From Promethearchaeota archaeon (GTDB lineage Archaea > Asgardarchaeota > Lokiarchaeia > Sigyniarchaeales > SOKP01), in the NCBI GenBank assembly GCA_019894975.1, contig JAGXNO010000055.1, positions 1 to 19,897 of the forward strand: DNA of 19,897 bases, in the 5' to 3' direction. The position numbers and the translations under genes were made by a program. The notes beneath the pieces were generated by a model. The model was not told where the DNA came from. It worked only from the letters and a program-made list of their open reading frames with translations, and did not search any database. This document shows, one piece after another, positions 1-9,678 of the stretch (positions within the stretch are counted from its first letter, which is position 1; every line of letters starts with the position of its first letter).

Positions 1-1
1 A

Positions 2-712
2 GATATAAACACGGGAGATATCGTTGGAATTATGGATGGAAGTTTAATTACAGCAATGAGAACAGGAGCAGCAACAGGAGTATCAGTAAAACATTTAGCA
101 AGAAAGGATTGTAATGTCTTAGGGATCTATAGCGCAGGAGTTCAAGCAAAGAAGCAGGTGGGAGGCGTTTATTGGGGCTTAAATCAAAAACTTGAGAAAT
201 GTGTTGTGTATGATTTGAATAGAAATGCCGCTAATGAATTTAAAACAGAGATCGAAAATGAATTAGGAATTGAAGTAGAGATTGCTGAAAGGGGAGATGA
301 CTTGTTAGATACAGACATCATTGTTGCCGCAACCACAAGCACAACACCTCTTTTTTCAGGAGAGAAAATAGCTGAGGGAACACATATATCTTCAATAGGG
401 GCCCACGCTCCAGCTGCTCGTGAACTTGATTCTACAACCATAAAGAGAGCTTCATTATTAGCAGCAGGACTGAAAGAAGCATGTTTAGCGGAAGCAGGGG
501 ATTATATCATTCCAATTAATGAAGGGATCATAAAAGAAGATGATATTGTCTCAATTGGAGATATTATTACGGGGAGGAAACAAGGACGAACTTCAGATTC
601 AGACATTACCGTTTTTAAGTCTGTAGGAATTAGTGCTCAAGATGTGGCAGTTGCTAAATTAGTATACGATCGTGCCTTAAAAGAAAATATCGGGCAAGAT
701 ATCAAATTTTAA
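2..712 (+). CDS. Ornithine cyclodeaminase / archaeal alanine dehydrogenase / mu-crystallin family protein (5'-truncated by window edge)
   Basis: Frame is open from position 2 (DINTGDIVGIMDGSLITAMRTGAATG), so the ATG at 32 is internal. Family motifs: ITAMRTGAA, AGVQA, IIVAAT, GTHISSIGA, EAGD, ITVFKSVGISAQDVA. Confidence 0.92.
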   Translation, partial: DINTGDIVGIMDGSLITAMRTGAATGVSVKHLARKDCNVLGIYSAGVQAKKQVGGVYWGLNQKLEKCVVYDLNRNAANEFKTEIENELGIEVEIAERGDDLLDTDIIVAATTSTTPLFSGEKIAEGTHISSIGAHAPAARELDSTTIKRASLLAAGLKEACLAEAGDYIIPINEGIIKEDDIVSIGDIITGRKQGRTSDSDITVFKSVGISAQDVAVAKLVYDRALKENIGQDIKF

Positions 713-736
713 TTCTAATAGCTTTTTTTTCTTATT

Positions 737-1657
737 ATGAGTATTATTAATGCTGCCCCCAATCTTTATGATATCCGTTTGGGCTTAAAAGGAACAAATT
801 TCACAAGTTTACTGAGTTCTTGGGTTTACAAAGATAACAATTTATGCTTTGTAGTCGATCCAGGGCCAACTTCAGTAATAAGTCCATTGAAACAAGCCTT
901 AGACACATTGGGTATCAGTAAGACTGATTTAGATTATGTGTTATTAACTCATATCCACATGGATCACGCCGGAGGAACGGGGGAATTAATCAAATTCTTT
1001 CCTAATGCTCAAGTCATCTGCCATCCCAATGGGATTAAACATATGATCAATCCAAAAAAGCTATGGGAAGGAAGTCTGAAAGTTTTGGGTGATGTGGCAA
1101 ATTTGTATGGAGAAATTACTCCTGTTCCTAAGGATCGAATCATAAATCAAGAATTTGTAGCAAATGGTAGAATCGAAGTAATTGAAACGTTAGGACACGC
1201 ACCTCATCATCAATCATTCCTTTTTGATAGATATCTATTTGCAGGAGAAGCAGCAGGAGTGAACCTTTCCTTTGCTGAGGGGATTTTTACTCGTCCAGCA
1301 ACTCCTCCTGTATTTAACTATGAAATTTCATTAGAATCAATCCAGAAATTGTTAAATAGAAATTTAACAAATCATATGATATGTTATGGTCATTTTGGAA
1401 TATGGAAAGATGCCGAATTCTATTTACGAATCGCAAAAGAACAGCTATCAACTTGGGTTCAAGTTATCCAAGAATTATTTGGGAATAGAGATGCCCCAGA
1501 TTTCCTTGATCAGGTGATACAACGGCTTATTAAAAGAGATAAATATTTTTTGAATATAGAATTAATAGATCAAAATCAGCGAAATAAAGAGCTTTATTTT
1601 ATTAGAAATTGCATCAAAGGAATAGAAGGGTATATTCAAAAAAAAAAGAATAAATAA
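737..1657 (+). CDS. Metallo-beta-lactamase (MBL)-fold hydrolase
   Basis: VVDPGP, THIHMDHAGG (HxHxDH), GHAPHH, FAGEA, GHFG metal-ligand motifs. Confidence 0.9.
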   Translation: MSIINAAPNLYDIRLGLKGTNFTSLLSSWVYKDNNLCFVVDPGPTSVISPLKQALDTLGISKTDLDYVLLTHIHMDHAGGTGELIKFFPNAQVICHPNGIKHMINPKKLWEGSLKVLGDVANLYGEITPVPKDRIINQEFVANGRIEVIETLGHAPHHQSFLFDRYLFAGEAAGVNLSFAEGIFTRPATPPVFNYEISLESIQKLLNRNLTNHMICYGHFGIWKDAEFYLRIAKEQLSTWVQVIQELFGNRDAPDFLDQVIQRLIKRDKYFLNIELIDQNQRNKELYFIRNCIKGIEGYIQKKKNK

Positions 1658-1674
1658 TGAAAATAATTTGAGTA

Positions 1675-2274
1675 TTATTTACTTTCAAATCCTAGCAAGA
1701 GAGCTTTTAAATTAGCATCGATTGCTTTTTCTGGAACAATTCTCGGAATTATTTCTTTTAACTGTTCTATTTTTAATGGAAAGCCATCTATATTAGTCAA
1801 TGCACCTAAGAGAACCACATTCGATGTAAGAGGATTACCAGCTTGATGTGCTAAATCTAACGCATCTATCATATGAATATTTTTAGATACCTTTTCTAAC
1901 TGTTCTAAAATCTTTTCTATTGAAATATAAGATATTTCAGGATTCTTAACTCGTTCAAAAGTGCTTTGGACTGGATACCAAAGGTAATTGTTGAGAATAA
2001 TATTACCATCAGGTTTCAAAAATTCTATATATCTAAGAGCCTCTATTGCTTCCATTCCTAACAAGACATCTGCTTCCCCATAGGGAATTAATGGAGAGTA
2101 TACTTTGTCACCTATACGAATATGAGTATAGATTGAGCCTGAACGTTGGGCTAATCCATGAACTTCTGCGGTTCTTATTTCTAACCCTTGCTCTGCACAT
2201 GCTTGTCCCAGAATATTCGAAACTAGCATTAATCCTTGACCACCAACACCACAGGTCATTATGTTATAAGTCAT
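1675..2274 (-). CDS. iorB: Indolepyruvate:ferredoxin oxidoreductase subunit beta
   Basis: GVGGQG, AEVHGLAQRSGS, HIRIG, EADVLLGMEAIEALR, NVVLLGAL. Overlaps the iorA end by 11 bp and has a GGAGGTG SD. Confidence 0.93.
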   Translation of the reverse strand: MTYNIMTCGVGGQGLMLVSNILGQACAEQGLEIRTAEVHGLAQRSGSIYTHIRIGDKVYSPLIPYGEADVLLGMEAIEALRYIEFLKPDGNIILNNYLWYPVQSTFERVKNPEISYISIEKILEQLEKVSKNIHMIDALDLAHQAGNPLTSNVVLLGALTNIDGFPLKIEQLKEIIPRIVPEKAIDANLKALLLGFESK

Positions 2275-4243
2275 GTCGCACCTCCCGTGGTGTTTTATAA
2301 GGCTTAATTACATCTTTTGCAGACCGCTCCTCATGATTCGTATAAGGACATATAATCGAACATACTCCACATCCATCACATAATTCTGGAGATACATGTG
2401 AAGAAAATCCTTTCCAAGTTTTATCGTTCTCATCAGTAAATTCTGTCATTGTTTCTTCCATACTTATTGCGGGGCAGTAGAAATCACGCATACAGGTATG
2501 ACACTTTCGACAGACATCTCTATCCACATAGTAGGGTTGAATTTTTTCTCCTCTTCTTCTTTTATTTCGATCATTCCACAGAGCGCATGGTCCCCGAGAT
2601 ATAATAACAGATGGACCTTTTTCTCCCAATGCTTTCTTAAATGAAGGAATACAATTTCTAGCATCAAAACAATCATTTATTGTTAAATCTTCAAAACCTA
2701 TCCCCTTCAGAATATTTTCAATATGAATTTTTTTCTTAGGATCTCCTACAGGAGTCCCAGGATTCGTTTGTTGTCCTGTCATGGCAGTTACTGAATTATC
2801 TAGAACAATTACGATAACATCTTCGTTATTATGACAGATATTTACCATACCAGGTAAGCCCGCATGGAAGAAGGTGCTATCACCAATGACCGAGATTACT
2901 TTTTCCTTAGATGCTAACGATACTCCGCTCCCCGTACCTAATGTCGCACCCATTGATAAGAGCAAATCATCTGGATTCAATTTAGAATAAATGTCATTAT
3001 TGAGTAGGAGCATTGAGTAGCATCCGATATCATTCATAAAGGCAATTTCATTTGATTTTCCTCCTATCGCTCTATTCAACGCCCAAAATGTTGCTCGATG
3101 TGGGCAACCAGGACAAAAAACAGGGATTCTTATAGGTAAAATCGATTTCAATTTATTTCTATTTTCTAAAAGGGTTCTGTAATCTGTATCACTTTTAATA
3201 TTATAAATTTCTCTAAATACATTGAAGATTATTGGAATATTATACTCAAAAGCTTCACTAAAATGCCCAGATTCCTTTCCAATTATTATAATGTCGGGAT
3301 TGGTATCTTTTGCTAGTGCTTTAACGTTTAATTCTAAGTATGGAGATAATTCTTCAACTATAATAACTCCCTTCAACTTCTTAATAAAATTACTAATGAG
3401 GTTTTCAGGAAGAGGGTAGGTAGTACCTAATTTTAAAATAGGGGGTCTAATGTCTAGTTTATCACACACTTCTAAAACATAATTATAAGATACTCCTGAA
3501 GTTATTATTCCAAAGTTAGGATATCCCTCAATGACAAAATTAAATTGAGATTTCTCGAATTCATCTTTAATCTTATCTCTTCTTTGAAGCATCATCAATT
3601 TATATTCTCGAGCTTTAGATCCAACGGTTGAGTATTTTTTTTCTCCCTCCCTAAAACTAGTCGATTCAAACACAGTTCTATTTAAAGGATCTAAAGGTAC
3701 AATAGTAGACTGATGGTTTATTCGTGTCGTAGTTCTTATCAGCACAATAGTTTTGAATTTTTCTGATATTTCAAAAGCATGCTTAACCATTTCTTTAGCC
3801 TCGACTGGATCAGAAGGTTCTAGCATCGGAATATAAGCATTTGAGGCAAAAAAACGCCCATCCTCTTCACTTTGAGAAGAATGGCAAAAGGGGTCATCTG
3901 CAAAAACTAAAACACAACCTTTATTTATTCCAGTATACCCTAAGCTGAAAAAAGTATCTGAAGCAACATTTAACCCGACACTTTTCATAGCAGTTAAAGA
4001 TCTTTGACCTCCCATGGAAGCACCAGCAACTATTTCAAGTGCTACTTTTTCATTTGTTGCAACTTCCATTTTTATATCAAAATTATTAGATATTCGATAA
4101 AAAGTATCTAAAATTTCTGAAACAGGAGATCCCGGATAGAATGCAACGACTTTTACATCAGATTCGAGAGCTGCTCGAACAATAGCTTCATTACAAAAGA
4201 GAAACGCTTTCGATTTATCTTCGGATATAACATCTTGAATCAT
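2264..4243 (-). CDS. iorA: Indolepyruvate:ferredoxin oxidoreductase subunit alpha
   Basis: NEAIVRAA, YPGSPVSE, NEKVALE, MKSVGLNVASD, FCPGCPHRA, DIGCY, TPP-binding GDSTFFH...DNSVTAMTG, and C-terminal 2x[4Fe-4S] motifs CRKCHTC..CPAI and CDGCGVC..CP. Confidence 0.95.
   Translation of the reverse strand: MIQDVISEDKSKAFLFCNEAIVRAALESDVKVVAFYPGSPVSEILDTFYRISNNFDIKMEVATNEKVALEIVAGASMGGQRSLTAMKSVGLNVASDTFFSLGYTGINKGCVLVFADDPFCHSSQSEEDGRFFASNAYIPMLEPSDPVEAKEMVKHAFEISEKFKTIVLIRTTTRINHQSTIVPLDPLNRTVFESTSFREGEKKYSTVGSKAREYKLMMLQRRDKIKDEFEKSQFNFVIEGYPNFGIITSGVSYNYVLEVCDKLDIRPPILKLGTTYPLPENLISNFIKKLKGVIIVEELSPYLELNVKALAKDTNPDIIIIGKESGHFSEAFEYNIPIIFNVFREIYNIKSDTDYRTLLENRNKLKSILPIRIPVFCPGCPHRATFWALNRAIGGKSNEIAFMNDIGCYSMLLLNNDIYSKLNPDDLLLSMGATLGTGSGVSLASKEKVISVIGDSTFFHAGLPGMVNICHNNEDVIVIVLDNSVTAMTGQQTNPGTPVGDPKKKIHIENILKGIGFEDLTINDCFDARNCIPSFKKALGEKGPSVIISRGPCALWNDRNKRRRGEKIQPYYVDRDVCRKCHTCMRDFYCPAISMEETMTEFTDENDKTWKGFSSHVSPELCDGCGVCSIICPYTNHEERSAKDVIKPYKTPREVRHDL
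2279..2285 (-). promoter_or_regulatory. Shine-Dalgarno motif GGAGGTG for iorB (likely translational coupling to iorA)
   Basis: Minus strand reads GGAGGTG-CGAC-ATG, inside the 3' end of iorA. Confidence 0.75.
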
Positions 4244-4342
4244 ATTAACACCTTACCTAAATATAAAAGGAGTAGATAAGGATCTTTAGATTTTTTAAAT
4301 AATAATTCTAATGATTATTTTTTATAACTAAAAGGATAGATA

Positions 4343-5584
4343 TTAAGATCTTTTAATATTTCGTGAAAGGTATATCAACCCAATTAAGGCAAAAGTTCCG
4401 AAGATAATTAAAAATCCGTGCATTGCGTATATCTGAATTTCAAATACAAATCCCGAGATAATTGGTGTCACCCCAAACCCGACGCCTATAAGAATCTCAT
4501 TTATCGTTGAATATTTTGAAGTATTCTCTGCTGTTCCATACTCAAGCATAATTTTCATTCCTACGCCATGGATCAATCCTAAAAAGAATCCTATAAATGC
4601 GGTTATTATTGAAATGTACCAGATATTTCCTACTAATATGATAGTAAACGCAACTAAACCAATCATTCCAATACCTAGTAGAGAAGCAATTTTTCTTTTA
4701 TAAATACCCATATAATTGATCCAGGTTAATCCGATCAATTGTGTAAATTGTATTCCACATTGTATAAGATATGTTGGGGACGTTGGAGTATTCGTAGGAA
4801 AAAAATTTCTCAGGAAGACAGGGAATCCAAACATGAAAATTGATTTTGAGGTTGCTAAAAACATTATGCTTAGCCAGGAGAATAAAATGGGATATATTAT
4901 CATAGGAGTGTGTGAATTGATAACTAAATCTTCTTCTATATCTAAGTGAGAAAGAGGGTCTTCTGTTTGATATATTATTTTCTCTTTGATACGCTCTGGC
5001 TCTCCATCTTTTTTTATGAAGAAACTTACAGGAATTAATAGAAATGATAGTAACCAAGCTATAACCATTGCTAGATAATCACCCAAGAATAGTGCCCATG
5101 AAAATCCGACAAGAAGTCCAGATATAAATCCGAGATTCCAGCTTATGTTAAATACAGCAAAATTCTTTTTGGATTTTTCAATACTATTCACTTTTTGCCA
5201 TTTGCTCAATAGATTAAGACAATTTGGCCAAAATAATCCCATAGCTAATCCTGATAAAACGCGACTCAAAATTAGGAACCATGCTTCAGGATATAATATC
5301 TGAACACCGGTTAATATAGGAGTTAAAATGGAGTTTAATATGAGGGCACCGCGTACACCTAAATATTTTGTGGTAAGAAACTGCCCAACAATTGGGGCAA
5401 TTATGTATGTAATAGCTCCCGCGGCAGAAATGAATCCTAATGTGCTTGCTCTAATCCCTATGATTAAATAAAGGTAATTTGAAAGAGCTCTTTCGAAAAT
5501 TGCAGTATAAAATAATCTGATAAAAGAAAGCAAGAAAATTGGCCAAGTTTTAATATGATGAGACGAATTTTCATTTGCATCCAA
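4343..5584 (-). CDS. Major facilitator superfamily transporter
   Basis: 413 aa, about 12 hydrophobic segments in two halves split by a charged central loop. MFS-like SRVLSGLAMGLFWP. TTG start. Confidence 0.85.
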   Translation of the reverse strand: MDANENSSHHIKTWPIFLLSFIRLFYTAIFERALSNYLYLIIGIRASTLGFISAAGAITYIIAPIVGQFLTTKYLGVRGALILNSILTPILTGVQILYPEAWFLILSRVLSGLAMGLFWPNCLNLLSKWQKVNSIEKSKKNFAVFNISWNLGFISGLLVGFSWALFLGDYLAMVIAWLLSFLLIPVSFFIKKDGEPERIKEKIIYQTEDPLSHLDIEEDLVINSHTPMIIYPILFSWLSIMFLATSKSIFMFGFPVFLRNFFPTNTPTSPTYLIQCGIQFTQLIGLTWINYMGIYKRKIASLLGIGMIGLVAFTIILVGNIWYISIITAFIGFFLGLIHGVGMKIMLEYGTAENTSKYSTINEILIGVGFGVTPIISGFVFEIQIYAMHGFLIIFGTFALIGLIYLSRNIKRS

Positions 5585-5667
5585 AATACTAGACCATTCA
5601 ATCTATACGTAATTTGACAAATGCTTCTTATATCAAATAGTTTCTGTTTTATTCAACATCTTCTCTA

Positions 5668-7968
5668 TTATTCCCATATTAGCTTTTTTAGTTCCATCTC
5701 TATGGACTTAGAGTTTTCAATTAAGCTTTTGCCATTAATATAGACATAACTATAATTGCCATCATTTAGATGATTTTTAATAATTTCTTCATCTTGTTCA
5801 AGATCTAATCCGATGATTGAACGCCAGATAACGATTACTTTTTGTTTGTTGGCTTTCCCTTTCACGAAAATGTAGGTTCTTCCATCATGATTACTCGTAT
5901 CGATATGGTCAATATAAATCCCCGCCAAGTAATTAAATGTTTCAATCAAATCCACTTTTTTTGTTTTTTGATGGTCATTTTCAAGAATCTTTATTTTGTA
6001 ATCGAGTGGATCTTCAATTTCATCGAAATCAAAAGAAATTTTATTCAATTGAGGATTAAACTCTAGGTTTTCTATGGTATCCTCAAATTGTTCTAAATAA
6101 TGATACTTAAAAAAACCACTAGATGTGGTTTTTAATGCTTTTGAAATTCCTGTTTTATCACCCTTTAAGACTGCTTTCATTCGAGGTAATATAAAATCCT
6201 CGAATTGAGAGCCAATTTCGACACCAATCCACTTTCTATTGAGTTTTTGAGCTGTTGCTATGGTTGTACCCGAGCCTAAGAAAAAATCTAAAACAACATC
6301 ATTTTCTCTAGATCCACTATCAATAACTCTTTTCAATAATTGCTCTGAGTTTTCAGTAGAAAATTTATGAACTTGAGAATAACCCGGTATGTCTAACCAG
6401 TCATTTCTGACCGGTTCTAAGTCATAATACAATTCAGGTTTTTCTTCTATAACATTCCCAAAGCAATCAATATATTTCCTATTTTGATTTATCCTAACTT
6501 TACCCTGTTGTTCAAAATCGTTAATTCTCTCTTGAGATAAACCCCATCTTCTATTTTTAGGGGGATAATACGTCTTTCCCAACACAATTCTAGGATTTTC
6601 ATTAGGTCTAGGAAAGTCTACTAGTTCAAACCATCGTGGGTCTTTTCTTGGAAGCTGTAATTGATTAAAGAAATATTCATTACTCTTAGAATAGAAAAAT
6701 AAACTTTCTGTTTGTTGAATAAAAGGTTTCTTTCTTTGTTTTTTAGCTCTAGTCTTATTAATAATAATTTCATTTCTGAAATTTGATTTATCAAATACCA
6801 AATTTAATAAAAATCTGACATAGTGATTTCCATTATTATCGATTCTTACAAAAATATTACCTTCCTCATGTAAAATCTCTTTAGCTAAGTTTAAACGATC
6901 ATTCATCATCACCAGCCAAGAAGAATCCAAATAATCGTTTTTGTAAAGATATTCTTTTTTTCCTGTGTTAAAAGGAGGATCTATATATATCAGATTTACT
7001 TTTTCATACCATTTTTTCATTATCAAATTTAAGGCTTGATAATTGTCACTCTTAATTAAAATTCCATCCAAAATATCATCTAAATTATTATTCTGTGATA
7101 AAGCCCCAATCAAATTCCATTTAAATCCCTCGTCAAAATATTTAGTATCAATTGGGAGATAATTCCAATTGGAATCTGTTATTTCTCCGATATTTTTTAA
7201 TTCAGGATTGCCACTAATATTGATTTCGAATAAGGTATTCCATTCTTTCATTTGTTCTTTATTTTTCAATATCTGATCAATTATACCCGTTAAAAAACTT
7301 CCCCCTGCATACTTTTCAATCATATCCAGAGAAATAACATAATTTGTCTCTAATATCAGATTTTTCTTTTTCCATAGTTGTAATTGAAAATCTTCAATTT
7401 GGACCAGTATTTCAATTATTTGAGTTGCAATTGCTTCTAAGTTTTTAGTTTTTAGTATTTTCTCTTGTAACTCTTCGGTTTCAAGCTTTTGTAGAGACTC
7501 GTTGCCTAGGATTTCATTTTTTATAAACCTATTTAATTTTGACAAAAGAAACCTTTTTAAATCTTTATGGATAAAGTAATCGTCCGAAATAACTTTACCA
7601 GATTTGTTTAGAGATTCTCGTAATTTTACATAATTTTGGTTTTTATTTAACCAATCGAATGAAATTCCATCATTATTATAAAGGTTTGCGAATCCTCTAC
7701 TGGAGCTTCCCTTTGGATGAAGAATTCCATTTTTATAAATTTGAGACAAGAAAGTTATTACCATATTATATATTTCCAGGGATAAGCCTTCAGAAAGCTC
7801 TATTGGTTTAAATTTATCAATAAAATTCTGAATTTGCTCTCTTTTAAAGCTTAAAAGTTTAATTATACCTAAATTATAATCTTGATTCTCAAATTGGAAT
7901 ATATTCAACAATTTAATTTTAAATTGTTCAAGAATCTCATTTCTCATTCTTAGTAAATTAAGAACCAT
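5668..7968 (-). CDS. mod: Amino-(N6-adenine) DNA methyltransferase, type III R-M Mod-like (beta-class motif order), no adjacent res gene
   Basis: Catalytic IYIDPPFNTG precedes SAM-binding VLDFFLGSGTT, followed by RKWIGVE. Also DYFIHKDL, QIEDFQ..LWKKK, LPIDTKYF, VDLIETFNYL segments typical of long type III Mod subunits. Confidence 0.88.
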   Translation of the reverse strand: MVLNLLRMRNEILEQFKIKLLNIFQFENQDYNLGIIKLLSFKREQIQNFIDKFKPIELSEGLSLEIYNMVITFLSQIYKNGILHPKGSSSRGFANLYNNDGISFDWLNKNQNYVKLRESLNKSGKVISDDYFIHKDLKRFLLSKLNRFIKNEILGNESLQKLETEELQEKILKTKNLEAIATQIIEILVQIEDFQLQLWKKKNLILETNYVISLDMIEKYAGGSFLTGIIDQILKNKEQMKEWNTLFEINISGNPELKNIGEITDSNWNYLPIDTKYFDEGFKWNLIGALSQNNNLDDILDGILIKSDNYQALNLIMKKWYEKVNLIYIDPPFNTGKKEYLYKNDYLDSSWLVMMNDRLNLAKEILHEEGNIFVRIDNNGNHYVRFLLNLVFDKSNFRNEIIINKTRAKKQRKKPFIQQTESLFFYSKSNEYFFNQLQLPRKDPRWFELVDFPRPNENPRIVLGKTYYPPKNRRWGLSQERINDFEQQGKVRINQNRKYIDCFGNVIEEKPELYYDLEPVRNDWLDIPGYSQVHKFSTENSEQLLKRVIDSGSRENDVVLDFFLGSGTTIATAQKLNRKWIGVEIGSQFEDFILPRMKAVLKGDKTGISKALKTTSSGFFKYHYLEQFEDTIENLEFNPQLNKISFDFDEIEDPLDYKIKILENDHQKTKKVDLIETFNYLAGIYIDHIDTSNHDGRTYIFVKGKANKQKVIVIWRSIIGLDLEQDEEIIKNHLNDGNYSYVYINGKSLIENSKSIEMELKKLIWE

Positions 7969-8022
7969 AAATTTTTATCTTTTACTCTTGGAGAAGGGTG
8001 TCGTGACTATCTTAGGTTTAAA

Positions 8023-8925
8023 TTATTTCTTACGTTGTGTTCTCTTTAAATACCGATACCAGCCTTGAATTAGCAGTTCTAACCAATTCAAATCAGGTCT
8101 ACTGCTCTCAGACCAATTAGGATCATTTTTTGCGAAGTAATTAGGTAAATCAGGATGATTAAGAATCTCTTTTCTTGAAATATTCTTTATAATAAGTTGT
8201 TTCAATACCGAAATTAAATCTTTAAAATAAACTTTAACGTTGAGAAGGTATTTCTTGTCTATAGGATATCCATGACCGGGTATTATCTTGTTAATATCCA
8301 AAGATTCCCAATAAGAAAAGATTTCTAACGTTTTTTCAGGTGTTCCTGGGAGTTGTGGGAAGCACTCTAATAAATTGTCTCCAGCACATAAAACTCTTTC
8401 AGAGGGGAAATATACATGTGATGAATCTATACTGTGCCCACCTATAACACGATAGATTATCTCATCATCCTGTGAGCCGATCTTTAATTCTTCCTTAACA
8501 AGAATATTCGGAGCGTTAAATTCCGCTTCTTTGACAATCTTGATAACATCGTCATCATCGATGAGAAACAAAGAACCCCATTTGTCTTCCTCGGTTTTAT
8601 TTATCATAGTTATAAAATTATTAAATTCGGGTATTCCCTGTTCTGGAGCAACTATATCAACATCCTTAAATACCTTCATTGCGAGAAAATGATCCCAGTG
8701 TAAATGAGTAAGAATGAGGTAATTTGTTTTCCTCTGGAACTTTTTTTCCATATCGAAACGAAATTGTGATGAAAGATCTGGGTATGAGCCGCAATCAACA
8801 AAAATTAATTCATCTGGAAGTGCAATACAAGTTGTAGGTACAGTATTAGATGCACTCATTGGTAGATTACTATTATGATGTGGATACATCACATATACAT
8901 TTTCAGACACCTTTATGTATTCCAT
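8023..8925 (-). CDS. MBL-fold hydrolase (glyoxalase II/cyclase-like)
   Basis: FVDCG, THLHWDH, GGHS, AGDN, IIPGHG. Confidence 0.88.
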   Translation of the reverse strand: MEYIKVSENVYVMYPHHNSNLPMSASNTVPTTCIALPDELIFVDCGSYPDLSSQFRFDMEKKFQRKTNYLILTHLHWDHFLAMKVFKDVDIVAPEQGIPEFNNFITMINKTEEDKWGSLFLIDDDDVIKIVKEAEFNAPNILVKEELKIGSQDDEIIYRVIGGHSIDSSHVYFPSERVLCAGDNLLECFPQLPGTPEKTLEIFSYWESLDINKIIPGHGYPIDKKYLLNVKVYFKDLISVLKQLIIKNISRKEILNHPDLPNYFAKNDPNWSESSRPDLNWLELLIQGWYRYLKRTQRKK

Positions 8926-8971
8926 TTTAACTACTATCCAAATTAAAATAAGTTATATCTATAAAGTACGA

Positions 8972-9508
8972 CTACCTTCTATATTTTTTATTCATTTCGA
9001 GTGTTAGATTATAGAAAATATTATCTACACCAATACCCGATTTGGCACTAGTTTCTTCATAGCTTCTAGCCTTTATCTGATGGGCAAAATCAATACAATC
9101 TTGTTGAAGAATTACTCTTTCGCTAGGATTAACTAAATCTACTTTATTGCCTACTAAAATTCTAGGGACATATCCAATAGTACCTTCAACTTCTTCTAAC
9201 CAAGAACTTAAATGATTAAAAGTTTCTTCCCGAGCCAAATCAAAAACAAAGACCATTCCTTTAGCTCCTTTGTAAAAAGCTTGTCTAACCCATTTGAAAT
9301 GATCTTGCCCTGCTAAATCCCATATTTGTAAAGTTATTAGATTACTAACATTAGGAATTTTTATATGTTTTACAAAGAAATTAGATCCTATAGTTGATTG
9401 AACATCAGAGACAAATCTTCTCTCTAAATAATGATGCAAAAGAGTACTTTTTCCTACTCCGAAATCACCCACAATACAGATTTTAAAGAAATTAGTCTTG
9501 ATATTCAT
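8972..9508 (-). CDS. Rab-like Ras-superfamily small GTPase
   Basis: G1 GDFGVGKS, G2 STIG, G3 WDLAGQ, G4 NKVD, G5 ETSAK. RabF-like segments IGSNF, TLQIW, HFKWV, FYKGA, FVFDL. No C-terminal Cys motif. Confidence 0.95.
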   Translation of the reverse strand: MNIKTNFFKICIVGDFGVGKSTLLHHYLERRFVSDVQSTIGSNFFVKHIKIPNVSNLITLQIWDLAGQDHFKWVRQAFYKGAKGMVFVFDLAREETFNHLSSWLEEVEGTIGYVPRILVGNKVDLVNPSERVILQQDCIDFAHQIKARSYEETSAKSGIGVDNIFYNLTLEMNKKYRR

Positions 9509-9678
9509 TGTTTCAACTTAATATATATGTCTTGAGTTCATTCTAAAAATAAAATTTTAGATCCCTATATTACTTAATAGATTGTATTTTTAACTTTTTT
9601 TTGTTTTCATACAAATAATACTAAATTTTTTCTAATAAGTGTGTGCTAGAATAAATAATAATACCAGATTTTTTAAAA

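Noticed and set aside
184-6066. Short alternative ORFs 184..441, 2046..2300, 2464..2676, 3222..3419, 4698..5057, 4716..4949, 5842..6066
   Set aside because: All lie within well-supported genes, antisense or out of frame, and carry no recognisable motifs. They are shadow ORFs.
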